Source: Burkholderiales bacterium (GTDB lineage: Bacteria; Pseudomonadota; Gammaproteobacteria; Burkholderiales; SG8-41). Taken from it: 64,000 nucleotides of DNA. Positions within the stretch are counted from its first letter, which is position 1, and the number at the start of each line of letters is the position of its first letter. Location of the stretch: NCBI GenBank assembly GCA_036262035.1, contig DATAJS010000011.1, positions 36,826 to 100,825 of the forward strand, in the 5' to 3' direction. The notes beneath the pieces were generated by a model. That model saw nothing but the letters and a program-made list of their open reading frames with translations. It did no database searches and was not told where the DNA came from. Positions 53,083-61,917 of this stretch are shown here, one piece after another. A program made the translations under genes and the position numbers.

Positions 53083-54447
53083 ATGACCGAGCGTCCCGAA
53101 TACATCAGGCAGGCGGCGCGCTTCATCGCCGAGACGCGGCTCGAAGATCTCTCGTCCGCCGCGCGCGATCGCGGCCGCTGGATCATCGCGGACTGCATTC
53201 CGGTGATCGCCGCGGGCATGGCGATGCCCGAGATGCGCGAATTCGTGAAGCGTCATCTCGCGAATTCCGCGCCCGGCAACGCGTGGGTGATCGGCGCCGG
53301 CGTGCGCTCCAATTCTCCGGATGCGGCGCTCCTGAACGGCACCGCGGGCACGTGGCTCGAGCTCGACGAAGGCAACCTCTTCGCCAAAGGCCACCCCGGC
53401 ATCCAGGTCGTGCCCGCCGCGCTGGCCGTGGCGCAGGAGATGGGCGCCTCGGGCGCGGACCTCCTGCTCGCGGTCACGCTGGGCTACGAAGTCTCCGCGC
53501 GCATCAGCCGCGCCGCCAACGTGCGGCTCGCGGTCCATCCTCACGGCACGTACGGCGTGATCGGCGCGGCGATCGCGGTGGCCAAGCTGAAGAAGGCCGG
53601 CGCGGCGCAATTCGAAGAGCTGCTCAACGTCGCCGCCACGATGGGCATGGCGTCGAGCCGCAACACGCTGCTCGAGGGATCCACCGTCCGCAACATCTTC
53701 ACCGGGCACTCGGGCTACATGGGGCAGATCGCGGTGCGTCTCGTCGAATCCGGCTTCACCGGCGAGCCCGACGGCATCGGCTTCGTATACGGCGGCGGCG
53801 TGTACTCCGAGAAGTTCGACCCCGAAGGCATGGTGCGCGACCTCGGCAGGGAATGGCTGATCACGCAGAGCTATTTCAAGCTGTACTGCATCGGCCGCTA
53901 CGCGCACTCGGCGATCGACGCGCTGCTCGACGCCCGGTCGAAAGCGCCGCGCGGCCGCATCGACCCGGCGCTGGTCGAAAGAATCGACGTCGACGCCTAC
54001 AGTCTCTGCGCGTTCCTCGGAGGCAAGAACATCACCACGAGCTTCGGTGCGCGCTTCTCGGTGCCGTTCGCGCTCGCGACGATCCTGCATCACGGCCATG
54101 GCGGGCTTCAAGCTTTCGACGACGCGGCGGTGGCGAATCCGGCGGTGCAGGATCTCGTGTCGCGCGTGTTCGTGACGTCGAACCAGGCGTACACCGATGC
54201 CTTCCCCGATAAGCAGCTCGTCGATCTCAAGGTCACGCTGAAAGACGGCACGGTCGTCACCGGCCATTGCGAGGTCACCAAAGGCGAGCCCGCGAACCCG
54301 CACCAGCCGGAAGAGCTGCGCGGCAAGTTCTTCGAGCTCGGCACGCCCGCGTGGGGCGAAACCGTCACGCAGAAGCTTTTCGAGGGCCTCATGAAGCTCG
54401 AGACGATCGACGACTTCGGCGCTTTCGCCGACGGCTTCAAACTCTGA
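53083..54447 (+). CDS. MmgE/PrpD-family protein (cassette A)
   Basis: 454-aa ORF. TGACATG junction with the upstream Bug gene. IIADCIPVIAAG, WLELDEG, HPGIQVVPAALA. Confidence 0.88.
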   Translation: MTERPEYIRQAARFIAETRLEDLSSAARDRGRWIIADCIPVIAAGMAMPEMREFVKRHLANSAPGNAWVIGAGVRSNSPDAALLNGTAGTWLELDEGNLFAKGHPGIQVVPAALAVAQEMGASGADLLLAVTLGYEVSARISRAANVRLAVHPHGTYGVIGAAIAVAKLKKAGAAQFEELLNVAATMGMASSRNTLLEGSTVRNIFTGHSGYMGQIAVRLVESGFTGEPDGIGFVYGGGVYSEKFDPEGMVRDLGREWLITQSYFKLYCIGRYAHSAIDALLDARSKAPRGRIDPALVERIDVDAYSLCAFLGGKNITTSFGARFSVPFALATILHHGHGGLQAFDDAAVANPAVQDLVSRVFVTSNQAYTDAFPDKQLVDLKVTLKDGTVVTGHCEVTKGEPANPHQPEELRGKFFELGTPAWGETVTQKLFEGLMKLETIDDFGAFADGFKL

Positions 54448-54448
54448 C

Positions 54449-55255
54449 ATGAGCGAGCTCAAAGAAAACAGGGGCGAGGCCGCGATCGGTGACGATCGCG
54501 GCCTCAGCGGCAAGGTCGCGATCGTCACCGGCGCGTCGACGCCGCGCGGCATCGGTAACGAGATCGCGAAGCGCTTCGCGCGCGGCGGCGCGTCGCTGCT
54601 GCTCGTCGCCGAAGCGACGCAGGAACAGCTCGATTCGACCGCGAAGGTGTGCCGCGAGCTGGGCGCCGAGCGCGTGGAAGTGCTGCTCTCGGACCTGGGC
54701 GAAACCGGCGCCGCGGAGCGCATGGTCGAGCACGCCGAAAAAACGTTCGGGCGCGTCGACGTGCTCGTCAACAATGCCGGCATCCGCGATCACATCAGGT
54801 TCGGCGAGTTCACGCGCGAGATTTTCGACCGCATCGTCGCGGTCAATCTCGCCGCGCCGTTCTTCGCGAGCCAGGCGGTGCTGACCATCATGCGGCGCCA
54901 GGGTGGCGGCCGCATCATCCATACCGCGAGCCAGCTCGGCCACGTCGCGTACGACAAGCGCGCGGTGTATGGCCTCACCAAGGCGGCGATCATCCATCTC
55001 ACCAAGTCGATGGCGTACGAGCTCGGCCGCGACAACATCATCGTCAACGCGATCAGCCCCGGTCCTGTCGCGACCGGTCCGATCCTCTCGCGTCCGGCCG
55101 AAGTCACGCAGAAGCGCGTCGAGCAGTACGTGCCCGCCGGACGCGTCGGGGAGCCCGAGGAGATCGCCGATCTCGCGTACTTTCTCGCGACCACGGCGCC
55201 TGCGTTCATGCAGGGCACCGACATCGTCATCGACGGCGGTTACATCATTCACTGA
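54449..55255 (+). CDS. SDR-family oxidoreductase (cassette A)
   Basis: 268-aa ORF. TGACATG junction. VTGASTPRGIG, NNAG, YGLTK (YxxxK). Ends ...DGGYIIH. Confidence 0.9.
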   Translation: MSELKENRGEAAIGDDRGLSGKVAIVTGASTPRGIGNEIAKRFARGGASLLLVAEATQEQLDSTAKVCRELGAERVEVLLSDLGETGAAERMVEHAEKTFGRVDVLVNNAGIRDHIRFGEFTREIFDRIVAVNLAAPFFASQAVLTIMRRQGGGRIIHTASQLGHVAYDKRAVYGLTKAAIIHLTKSMAYELGRDNIIVNAISPGPVATGPILSRPAEVTQKRVEQYVPAGRVGEPEEIADLAYFLATTAPAFMQGTDIVIDGGYIIH

Positions 55256-55265
55256 CGGAGGGCGC

Positions 55266-56234
55266 ATGCGCGTATTGCTGTTCGTTTCGTGCATGGCCGC
55301 GGCGGCGTCCGCCTGCGCGGCGGCCGGCGCGGGCGGCTACCCGTCGAGGCCCATCCGCGTGGTCGTCACCTTTCCGCCCGGCGGCCCGACCGACATCATC
55401 GCGCGCGCGGTCGCGCAGAAGCTCTCCGACTCTTTCGGGCAGCCTGTCGTCGTCGACAATCGCGCGGGAGCCGGCGGCAACATCGGCATGGACATCGTCG
55501 CCAAAGCGCCGCCGGACGGTTACACGATCGTCGAGAGCAGCTTCGGGCCGCTCGTCATCAGTCCCTTCGTCTATTCGAAGCTCCCGTACGACCCGGTGAA
55601 GGATCTGACGCCGATCACGCTCGCCGCGGCGAGCTGGTTCTTCCTCGCGGTGCATCCTTCGGTGCCCGCGAGATCGGTGAAGGAGCTCATCGCCGCCGCC
55701 AAGGCGAAGCCGGGCGGTTACCTGTTCGCTTCGGCGGGCAATGCGACGCCGTCGCATCTCGCGGGCGCGCTGTTCCAGGCGGTCGCCGGGATTCAATTGA
55801 CGCACGTGCCTTACAAGGGCTCGGCGACTTCGCTGCCGGCGCTGATCGCGGGCGAAGCGCAGATCGCGATCGAGAGCCCGCCGCTCCTCGTGCCGCAGGT
55901 GAAAGCCGGCAAGCTGCGCGGACTCGCCGCCGCGCGTCCCGGCCGCTCGCCGCTGCTGCCCGACGTGCCGACGATGAAGGAGTCGGGATTGTCCGGCATG
56001 GAAGTCGGCTCGTGGTACGGCTTTCATGCGCCCGCGGGCACGCCGAAGGCGATCGTCGACCGGCTGCACGCCGAGATGGTGAAGGCGATGAACGCCCCCG
56101 ACGTGCGCGAGCGCTTCGCCGGTGTCGGCGCCGACACGATCGCGGACTCCCCCGCGGAGTTCGCGGCCTTCATCAGCGCGGAGCTGAAGAAGTGGGGCAC
56201 GGTGATCCGCGCGGCCGGCGTGAAGCTCGAGTAA
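55266..56234 (+). CDS. Bug/TctC-family periplasmic solute-binding protein (cassette B)
   Basis: ATG 55266 (GGAGGG SD) in ORF 54903..56234. YPSRPIRVVVTFPPGGPTD, DNRAGAGG, PDGYT, VPYKG. Confidence 0.9.
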   Translation: MRVLLFVSCMAAAASACAAAGAGGYPSRPIRVVVTFPPGGPTDIIARAVAQKLSDSFGQPVVVDNRAGAGGNIGMDIVAKAPPDGYTIVESSFGPLVISPFVYSKLPYDPVKDLTPITLAAASWFFLAVHPSVPARSVKELIAAAKAKPGGYLFASAGNATPSHLAGALFQAVAGIQLTHVPYKGSATSLPALIAGEAQIAIESPPLLVPQVKAGKLRGLAAARPGRSPLLPDVPTMKESGLSGMEVGSWYGFHAPAGTPKAIVDRLHAEMVKAMNAPDVRERFAGVGADTIADSPAEFAAFISAELKKWGTVIRAAGVKLE

Positions 56235-56237
56235 TCC

Positions 56238-57608
56238 ATGACGCTTGCACAAGAGCTCGCGAACAAAGTCGTCGCGACCCGCTTCGAGGACCTGACGGCC
56301 GGCGCGCTCACCGGCGCGAAGATCGGGCTGCTCGACACGATCGCGGTCGGTATCGCCGGCGCGGATGACGAAGCCGCTCGCATCGCGCGCCGCGTGGCGC
56401 TCGACGGCGCCGGTGTAGCGCTGGTCTGGGGAACGACCCGCCGCGCACGCGCGCTCGACGCGGCGTTCGCGAACGGCATCGCCGCCAACGTGCTCGATTA
56501 CGACGACTGCACCGAGAACCTCGGCGGCCATCCTTCCGCGCCGATCCTGCCGGCGCTGGTCGCGCTCGCCGAGGAGCGCCGCGCGAGCGGCCGCGACGCG
56601 CTGACGGCTTACGTGGCCGGGTTCGAGCTCGAGACCGCGCTCGGCCGCGCGGTGAACTTCCATCACTACGAGAAGGGCTGGCATCCGACGGCGACGCTGG
56701 GCGTGTTCGGGGCCGCCGCGGCGTGCGCGCGCCTGCTCGGTCTCGACGCAGAGCAGACGACGCGGGCCATCGCGCTCTGCGCATCGCTCGCCGCCGGTGT
56801 GAAATCGAACCTGGGATCGATGGGCAAGCCGATGCACGTCGGCAACTGCGCCCGCAGCGGTCTGCTCGCGGCCGAGCTCGCGCGTGAAGGTTTCACGGGC
56901 AACGCGGACGCACTGGAGCACCGCCAAGGCTTCCTCGAGGTCTTCAACGGCAGCGGCCACTACAGCGTCGAGCGGCTGCTCGAGAAGTGGGGTGCGCCGT
57001 GGGAGATTGAGACGCCGGGCATCCAGGTGAAGCAGTATCCGTGCTGCCTGAGCACACAGGCGGCGGTCGATCTCATGCTCGACCTCGTGAAGTCGAACGC
57101 GATCACACCGGAGCAGGTCAGCGCGATCGAAGCGCGCGTGCCGCCGTTGCGGCTCGAGCACACCGACCGGCCGCAGCCGCGCAGTGCGCTGGACGCGAAG
57201 CTCTCGGTGCAGTACGTGCTGGCTCGCGCGGTGACCGACCGGGCGGTGACGCTTTCGCACTTCGACGGGGAGAGTTACCTCGATCGCCGCACGCAGGAGG
57301 TCATGACGCGCGTGACGCCGATACCGTTCGACGAGACGCTGCGCCGCGAGCTCGGAGACTCGGGCGCCGCGATTCGCCTGACGCTCGCGGATGGCCGGCG
57401 TCTCGAAGGCACGATCCGCCGGCCGGTCGGTCACGACCCGGGCGTGCCGCTCGCGCCCGCGCTGCACAAGGCGAAGCTCGACGCGTGCGTCGAAGGCCGT
57501 CTCACGCCCGAGCGCAGGGACGATCTATACCGCGCCGTGATGTCGTTCGAGAACGTCGGCGATGTGCGCGGGTTCACCCAAGGATTCGAAACCGATGGCG
57601 GAGCTTGA
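56238..57608 (+). CDS. MmgE/PrpD-family protein (cassette B)
   Basis: 456-aa ORF. LLDTIAVGIAG, VLDYDD, HPSAPILPALVA. Confidence 0.88.
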   Translation: MTLAQELANKVVATRFEDLTAGALTGAKIGLLDTIAVGIAGADDEAARIARRVALDGAGVALVWGTTRRARALDAAFANGIAANVLDYDDCTENLGGHPSAPILPALVALAEERRASGRDALTAYVAGFELETALGRAVNFHHYEKGWHPTATLGVFGAAAACARLLGLDAEQTTRAIALCASLAAGVKSNLGSMGKPMHVGNCARSGLLAAELAREGFTGNADALEHRQGFLEVFNGSGHYSVERLLEKWGAPWEIETPGIQVKQYPCCLSTQAAVDLMLDLVKSNAITPEQVSAIEARVPPLRLEHTDRPQPRSALDAKLSVQYVLARAVTDRAVTLSHFDGESYLDRRTQEVMTRVTPIPFDETLRRELGDSGAAIRLTLADGRRLEGTIRRPVGHDPGVPLAPALHKAKLDACVEGRLTPERRDDLYRAVMSFENVGDVRGFTQGFETDGGA

Positions 57609-58356
57609 AGGCAAGGTTGCAGTGGTGAGCGGCGCATCGAGCCCGCGCGGTATCGGCGCCGCGATCGCGAAGCGCTACGCGAGAGCGGGTGCGTCGCTGT
57701 TCGTGATCGCCGAAGGCGGCACCGAGGAGCAGCTCGCGGCGACGGCGAAGGCGTGCAGGGACCTGGGCGCACCGCGCGCCGAAAGCGCTGCGATCGATCT
57801 CACCGCGAAGGACGGCGCCGAGCGCATGATCGCCGAAGCCGAAAAGCGCTTCGGACGCGTCGACATCCTCGTCAACAATGCGGGGCTGCGAGCGTCGCAC
57901 AACTTCGGCGATTACACGCGCGAGACGTTCGATCGCGTGGTGGCGGTCAACCTCGCGTCGCCGTTCTTCGCGAGCCAGGCGGCGCTGCCGCTCATGAGGA
58001 AGCAGGGCGGCGGGCGCATCATTCACATCGCGAGCCAGATGGGGCACGTCACCTTCGACCAGCGCGCGCTGTACGGCCTCACCAAGGCCGCGCTCATCCA
58101 TCTCACGAAGACGATGGCGTACGAGCTCGGGCGCGAGAACATCATCGTCAATGCGATCAGCCCCGGCCCGATCGAGACCGGACGCAGCCTCACCCGCTCG
58201 GCGGAGGATACGCAGAAGCTCATGGACAAGGTGCCCGCGGGTCGTTTCGGCGAGCCCGACGAGATCGCCGAGGTCGCGTTCTATCTCGCGACCACCAAAG
58301 CGGCGTTCCTCATGGGACAGGACCTCGTCGTCGACGGCGGCTACATCATTCACTGA
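57595..58356 (+). CDS. SDR-family oxidoreductase (cassette B)
   Basis: ATG 57595 (AAGGA SD) in ORF 57562..58356. Overlaps the PrpD end by 14 nt. VSGASSPRGIG, NNAG, YGLTK. Ends ...DGGYIIH. Confidence 0.88.
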   Translation: MAELEGKVAVVSGASSPRGIGAAIAKRYARAGASLFVIAEGGTEEQLAATAKACRDLGAPRAESAAIDLTAKDGAERMIAEAEKRFGRVDILVNNAGLRASHNFGDYTRETFDRVVAVNLASPFFASQAALPLMRKQGGGRIIHIASQMGHVTFDQRALYGLTKAALIHLTKTMAYELGRENIIVNAISPGPIETGRSLTRSAEDTQKLMDKVPAGRFGEPDEIAEVAFYLATTKAAFLMGQDLVVDGGYIIH

Positions 58357-58357
58357 C

Positions 58358-59311
58358 ATGCGCGCGCTCGCGATACTTCTCTTCGTCGCTGCGGCATCCC
58401 ACGCGGCGGACGCCCCCTATCCGACCCGGCCGGTGCGGCTGATCCTCGGATTTCCGCCGGGCGGCAGCACCGATGCGCTCGCGCGTATCCTCGCGCCGAA
58501 GCTCGGCGAAACGATGGGACAGACCTGGGTCGTCGACAATCGCGCGGGCGCCGGCGGCAATCTCGCGGTCGAGTCCGCGGTCCGCGCGAACCCTGACGGC
58601 CATACCGTGCTGCTCGCGCTGAGCACTCAGCTCACCGCCGCGCCGAGCCTCTACAAGCTGCCGTACGACGTGCAGAAAGGCTTGCAGCCGGTCACCACGA
58701 CCGCGACTCACGAGCACATCGTGCTCGTGCCGCCGGCGTTCCCGGCGAAGAGCTTCAAGGAATTCGTCGCGATCGCGCGCGAGCGGCAAGGCAAGCTCAC
58801 CTACGGCTCGAGCGGCGTCGGAGGCTCGCTGCATCTGGTCGCGGAGCTGCTCAAACGGCGCGCCGGCTTCGACATGACCCACGTACCTTACAAAGGCGCC
58901 GGGCCCGCCATCGCGGCGCTCCTCGGCGGCGAGGTGAACCTGATGATCGGCGCCGTGCCGTCGACGATCGCGCTCGTCAACGCCGGCAAGCTGCGCGCGC
59001 TGGCGACGACCGGCCCGGTGCGCCACAAGGTGACGCCGAACCTGCCGACCATCGCCGAGCTCGGCTATGCCGATTTCGAGGCCGTCGCGTGGTTCGCGTT
59101 CCTGGTGCCGGCGGCGACGCCTGAGGCGATCGTGGACCGCATCGTGCATGAGACGCACAAGGCGATCCAGGATCCGGGCGTCGCCGGTGCGATGACCCGG
59201 CTCGGGCTCGATCCGAAGCCGAGCACGCCGGCCGAGCTGAAAAAGCTGATCTCGGCCGAAACCGCGCAGCTTGCGGCGGTGATCCGCGACGCGGGCATCA
59301 AGGGCGAGTAG
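58358..59311 (+). CDS. Bug/TctC-family periplasmic solute-binding protein
   Basis: ATG 58358 (TGACATG junction) in ORF 58151..59311. MRALAILLFVAAASHA, YPTRPVRL, DNRAGAGG, PDGHT, VPYKG. Confidence 0.9.
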   Translation: MRALAILLFVAAASHAADAPYPTRPVRLILGFPPGGSTDALARILAPKLGETMGQTWVVDNRAGAGGNLAVESAVRANPDGHTVLLALSTQLTAAPSLYKLPYDVQKGLQPVTTTATHEHIVLVPPAFPAKSFKEFVAIARERQGKLTYGSSGVGGSLHLVAELLKRRAGFDMTHVPYKGAGPAIAALLGGEVNLMIGAVPSTIALVNAGKLRALATTGPVRHKVTPNLPTIAELGYADFEAVAWFAFLVPAATPEAIVDRIVHETHKAIQDPGVAGAMTRLGLDPKPSTPAELKKLISAETAQLAAVIRDAGIKGE

Positions 59312-59330
59312 CCACAGAGAGGAGCACCGC

Positions 59331-60185
59331 ATGAAGGTCCTGAGCGAGCAGCAGGTGCGCGACTATCGCGCTGACGGTTACCTGTTTCCCATACCCGCGC
59401 TCACATTGCAGGAAGCTGCCGGCGCGCTCGCGGCGCTGGAGCGTACCGAGGCGGCGCTGGGCGCGCCGCTCAACAAGGGCGAGATGAAGTGGCGCGGCGC
59501 GACGCACATCTACCTTCAGTGGGCGAACGATCTGGTGCGGCATCCGCGCATCCTCGACATCGTCGAGGACGTCATCGGGCCCGACATCCTCGTCTACTGG
59601 AGCACGTTCTTCATCAAGGACGCGAACAGCCCGGCTTTCACCGCGTGGCACCAGGACGCGACCTATTTCGGTCTCGACCCGCTCGAGCACGTCACGGCGT
59701 GGGTGGCGCTGACCGACGCGAGCAGCGAGGCGGGCTGCATGGACGTCGTCACGCAGCACGGCAATCCGCGGCAGTACCATCACGAGGCGAAGCGGCTCGA
59801 GCACAGCATCAACGGCGCGGGGCAGGAGATCGTCGAGCCGGTCGACGAGCGCGACGCGGTGGCGATGGAGCTCCGCGCGGGCCAGTGCTCGCTGCACCAC
59901 ACGCTGTGCCTGCATCGCTCGGCGCCGAACCGCGCGTCGCATCGGCGCGTCGGCTTCGGCATCAGCTACATCCCCGCGCACTGCCGCCTCACCGGCTCGC
60001 ACCGGATCTACGCGCAGCTCGTACGGGGTAAGGATCGCTGGGGCCATTTCGAGCCGCTGCCCGAGCGGCCCAGCGCCGACCTGGCGCCCGAAGCAGTCGC
60101 GCTGCACGAAGCCGCGTACGCGCAGTTCCGCAAGAACTACTACGAGCAGGAGAAGCTGCACCTCGCGCAGTTTGCGGGGGCTTAA
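59331..60185 (+). CDS. phytanoyl-CoA dioxygenase (PhyH) family Fe(II)/2-oxoglutarate oxygenase
   Basis: GAGGAG SD. WHQDATY (HxD facial-triad region) and a distal His in LHHTLCLHRSAPN. Confidence 0.82.
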   Translation: MKVLSEQQVRDYRADGYLFPIPALTLQEAAGALAALERTEAALGAPLNKGEMKWRGATHIYLQWANDLVRHPRILDIVEDVIGPDILVYWSTFFIKDANSPAFTAWHQDATYFGLDPLEHVTAWVALTDASSEAGCMDVVTQHGNPRQYHHEAKRLEHSINGAGQEIVEPVDERDAVAMELRAGQCSLHHTLCLHRSAPNRASHRRVGFGISYIPAHCRLTGSHRIYAQLVRGKDRWGHFEPLPERPSADLAPEAVALHEAAYAQFRKNYYEQEKLHLAQFAGA

Positions 60186-60273
60186 GCAGTCTCATCCGGG
60201 ATGCGGCGGCAGATCCGACCCGCCGCCTTCACGCGCTCCACGGACAACGCATCAATGCTTGGCAGAGAGCGTT

Positions 60274-60945
60274 CTAACGCTTCCAGAGCGCCGCGCGGAT
60301 GCGCGCGATCGCCTGGGTGTACATCTCCGAGACCTGCGGCTCGGACAGGCCGAGGACCGCGCCGATCTCGGCGTGGTTGAGCCGGTGCTCGTGGTACAGG
60401 CTCATGACGAGGCGCTCGCGCTCGGGCAGCGCGTCGATCGCCTTGATCACGGTGTCGCGCAGCTTGGGGTCTTCGAGGAGACTCAGCGGGTCCTCGGCCT
60501 CGGCCGCGGCGTCGTCGTGATAGACGATCTGGTGGCCGTGCGCCTCGCGCAGGAGATCGCGGTATTCGTCGATGCCGATTCTCAGCGCCTTGGCGACCTC
60601 GGCGTCGGTCGGGGGGCGGCCTTTCTGGCGCTCCAGCATGGCGATCATGGCTTCGGCGTCGCGCATGCGGCGGCGCACGTCGACGGCCACCGTCGGTGAG
60701 CCCTGGAGCGAATCGATGATCTCGCGGCGGATGCGGGGGACGGCGTACGAATCGAAATCGGGGCCCGGGCCGCCGTGATAGCGGCGCGCGGCCTCGAGCA
60801 GGCCGGCCATGCCCGCCTGGACGAGCCTTCCCTGGTCGACCGATCCGGGCATGCTCGCCGCGATGTGCTTCGCAATGCGCTTCACGAGCGGCGCAAGGCT
60901 GCGCACGCGCGACTCGACTTCTTCGATGTCGAAAGCCAGGTCCAT
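60274..60945 (-). CDS. FliA/WhiG-type (sigma28-like, group 3) RNA polymerase sigma factor
   Basis: ATG 60945 (the track start, GTG 61023, is also possible). Region 2: PLVKRIAKHIAASMPGSVDQGRLVQAGMAGLLEAARRY. Region 4: LPERERLVMSLYHEHRLNHAEIGAVLGLSEPQVSEMYTQAIARIR. Confidence 0.85.
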   Translation of the reverse strand: MDLAFDIEEVESRVRSLAPLVKRIAKHIAASMPGSVDQGRLVQAGMAGLLEAARRYHGGPGPDFDSYAVPRIRREIIDSLQGSPTVAVDVRRRMRDAEAMIAMLERQKGRPPTDAEVAKALRIGIDEYRDLLREAHGHQIVYHDDAAAEAEDPLSLLEDPKLRDTVIKAIDALPERERLVMSLYHEHRLNHAEIGAVLGLSEPQVSEMYTQAIARIRAALWKR

Positions 60946-61073
60946 CTCGTTGCTTACGCCCGATCTTTCCTTCCCCGCCAGGGGCTTGTTCTTCGCGGCT
61001 GCGCGACCGCAGGGCCTGCGCACGCATTGCGGACAAACGGCGGCGCCGTACCCGTGATTCCGGCGTCGAGTGG

Positions 61074-61100
61074 TTATCGGCGCGTGCGGGGAGATATTGA
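61074..61100 (-). promoter_or_regulatory. sigma28-type promoter candidate upstream of the sigma gene
   Basis: Sense strand reads TCAA (61100-61097) - 15 nt - GCCGATAA (61081-61074). The -10 element matches the enterobacterial FliA consensus TAAA-N15-GCCGATAA exactly. It lies 10 nt past the upstream stop. Confidence 0.45.
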
Positions 61101-61110
61101 GGGTTGTGCC

Positions 61111-61908
61111 TCAGGAATCCGGAAATTGCGCCGTTATCCGTCTTTGGGGGAGCTGCGCTTCGAGATCGACCGGGTGCGTCGCGCCGCGCTCGATGACCGC
61201 GGCGCGGTCGACGCGATCGCGATCGAAGGTGATCGCGAGCACCGCGGCGGCGGGGTCCGAGGCGGCGGCTTTCTGCACCGCTTCCAGCGCATCGCACGCG
61301 AAGCCGTTGCAGATCTCGGCGCGGCGCTCGCGCGGCATCGCGCAGCCGGCGGTGGTCTGGTACAGGCATGCGCCGTCGACGTGCGCCGCCGGCAGCATCG
61401 CCAGGTAGGCCTCGACCGCGTCCTGAAAGGTGCGTTCGGGCGCCTCTGCGCGCCAGCGCTCCAGCACCGTGATGTCGAGGAACGCACGCCAATCCCCTCC
61501 GTGCTCGCAGCAGCGGCCGCGGCACTGTCCGCAGAGGCGGGCGCCCTGCGGGTGGCGGTCGTCGGCGGTCGAAGGGGAGAGGCGGCCGCGGTCGATCGTG
61601 CGGTTCTCTGCGACCACGGCTTCCAGGTAAGCGCGATGCGCGTCGCGCTCTTCCCGGGTGGTCTCGACGATCTCCGGTTCCCAGCGTTTCAGCCAGACGA
61701 CCGGTGCAGGCGGCTTCGAAAGATGCGGCAGTTGCGCGGCGGCCGCGGCCGGCGCGGCGGCGGCGAGGGCTTTCCGGATGAGCGACGTGCGCGCGTCCGC
61801 CGCCTTGTGCCGGCACGCGGCGGCATCGCAATAGCCGACCCCACGCCGCTGCGTCAGCGGGTCGAGCGGGGCGCGGCAGGAGCGACAGACGGGTGTGGTC
61901 GGGCTCAC
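61111..61908 (-). CDS. Cys-rich CxxCxxCC-domain protein (YkgJ/FliB-like putative Zn/Fe-binding) with N-terminal extra zinc-ribbon-like motif
   Basis: GTG start 9 nt after the NodT stop. CRSC...CDAAAC; CGQCRGRCCEHGGDW; GACLYQTTAGCAMPRERRAEICNGFAC. Confidence 0.7.
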   Translation of the reverse strand: MSPTTPVCRSCRAPLDPLTQRRGVGYCDAAACRHKAADARTSLIRKALAAAAPAAAAAQLPHLSKPPAPVVWLKRWEPEIVETTREERDAHRAYLEAVVAENRTIDRGRLSPSTADDRHPQGARLCGQCRGRCCEHGGDWRAFLDITVLERWRAEAPERTFQDAVEAYLAMLPAAHVDGACLYQTTAGCAMPRERRAEICNGFACDALEAVQKAAASDPAAAVLAITFDRDRVDRAAVIERGATHPVDLEAQLPQRRITAQFPDS

Positions 61909-61917
61909 GACTTTGAT

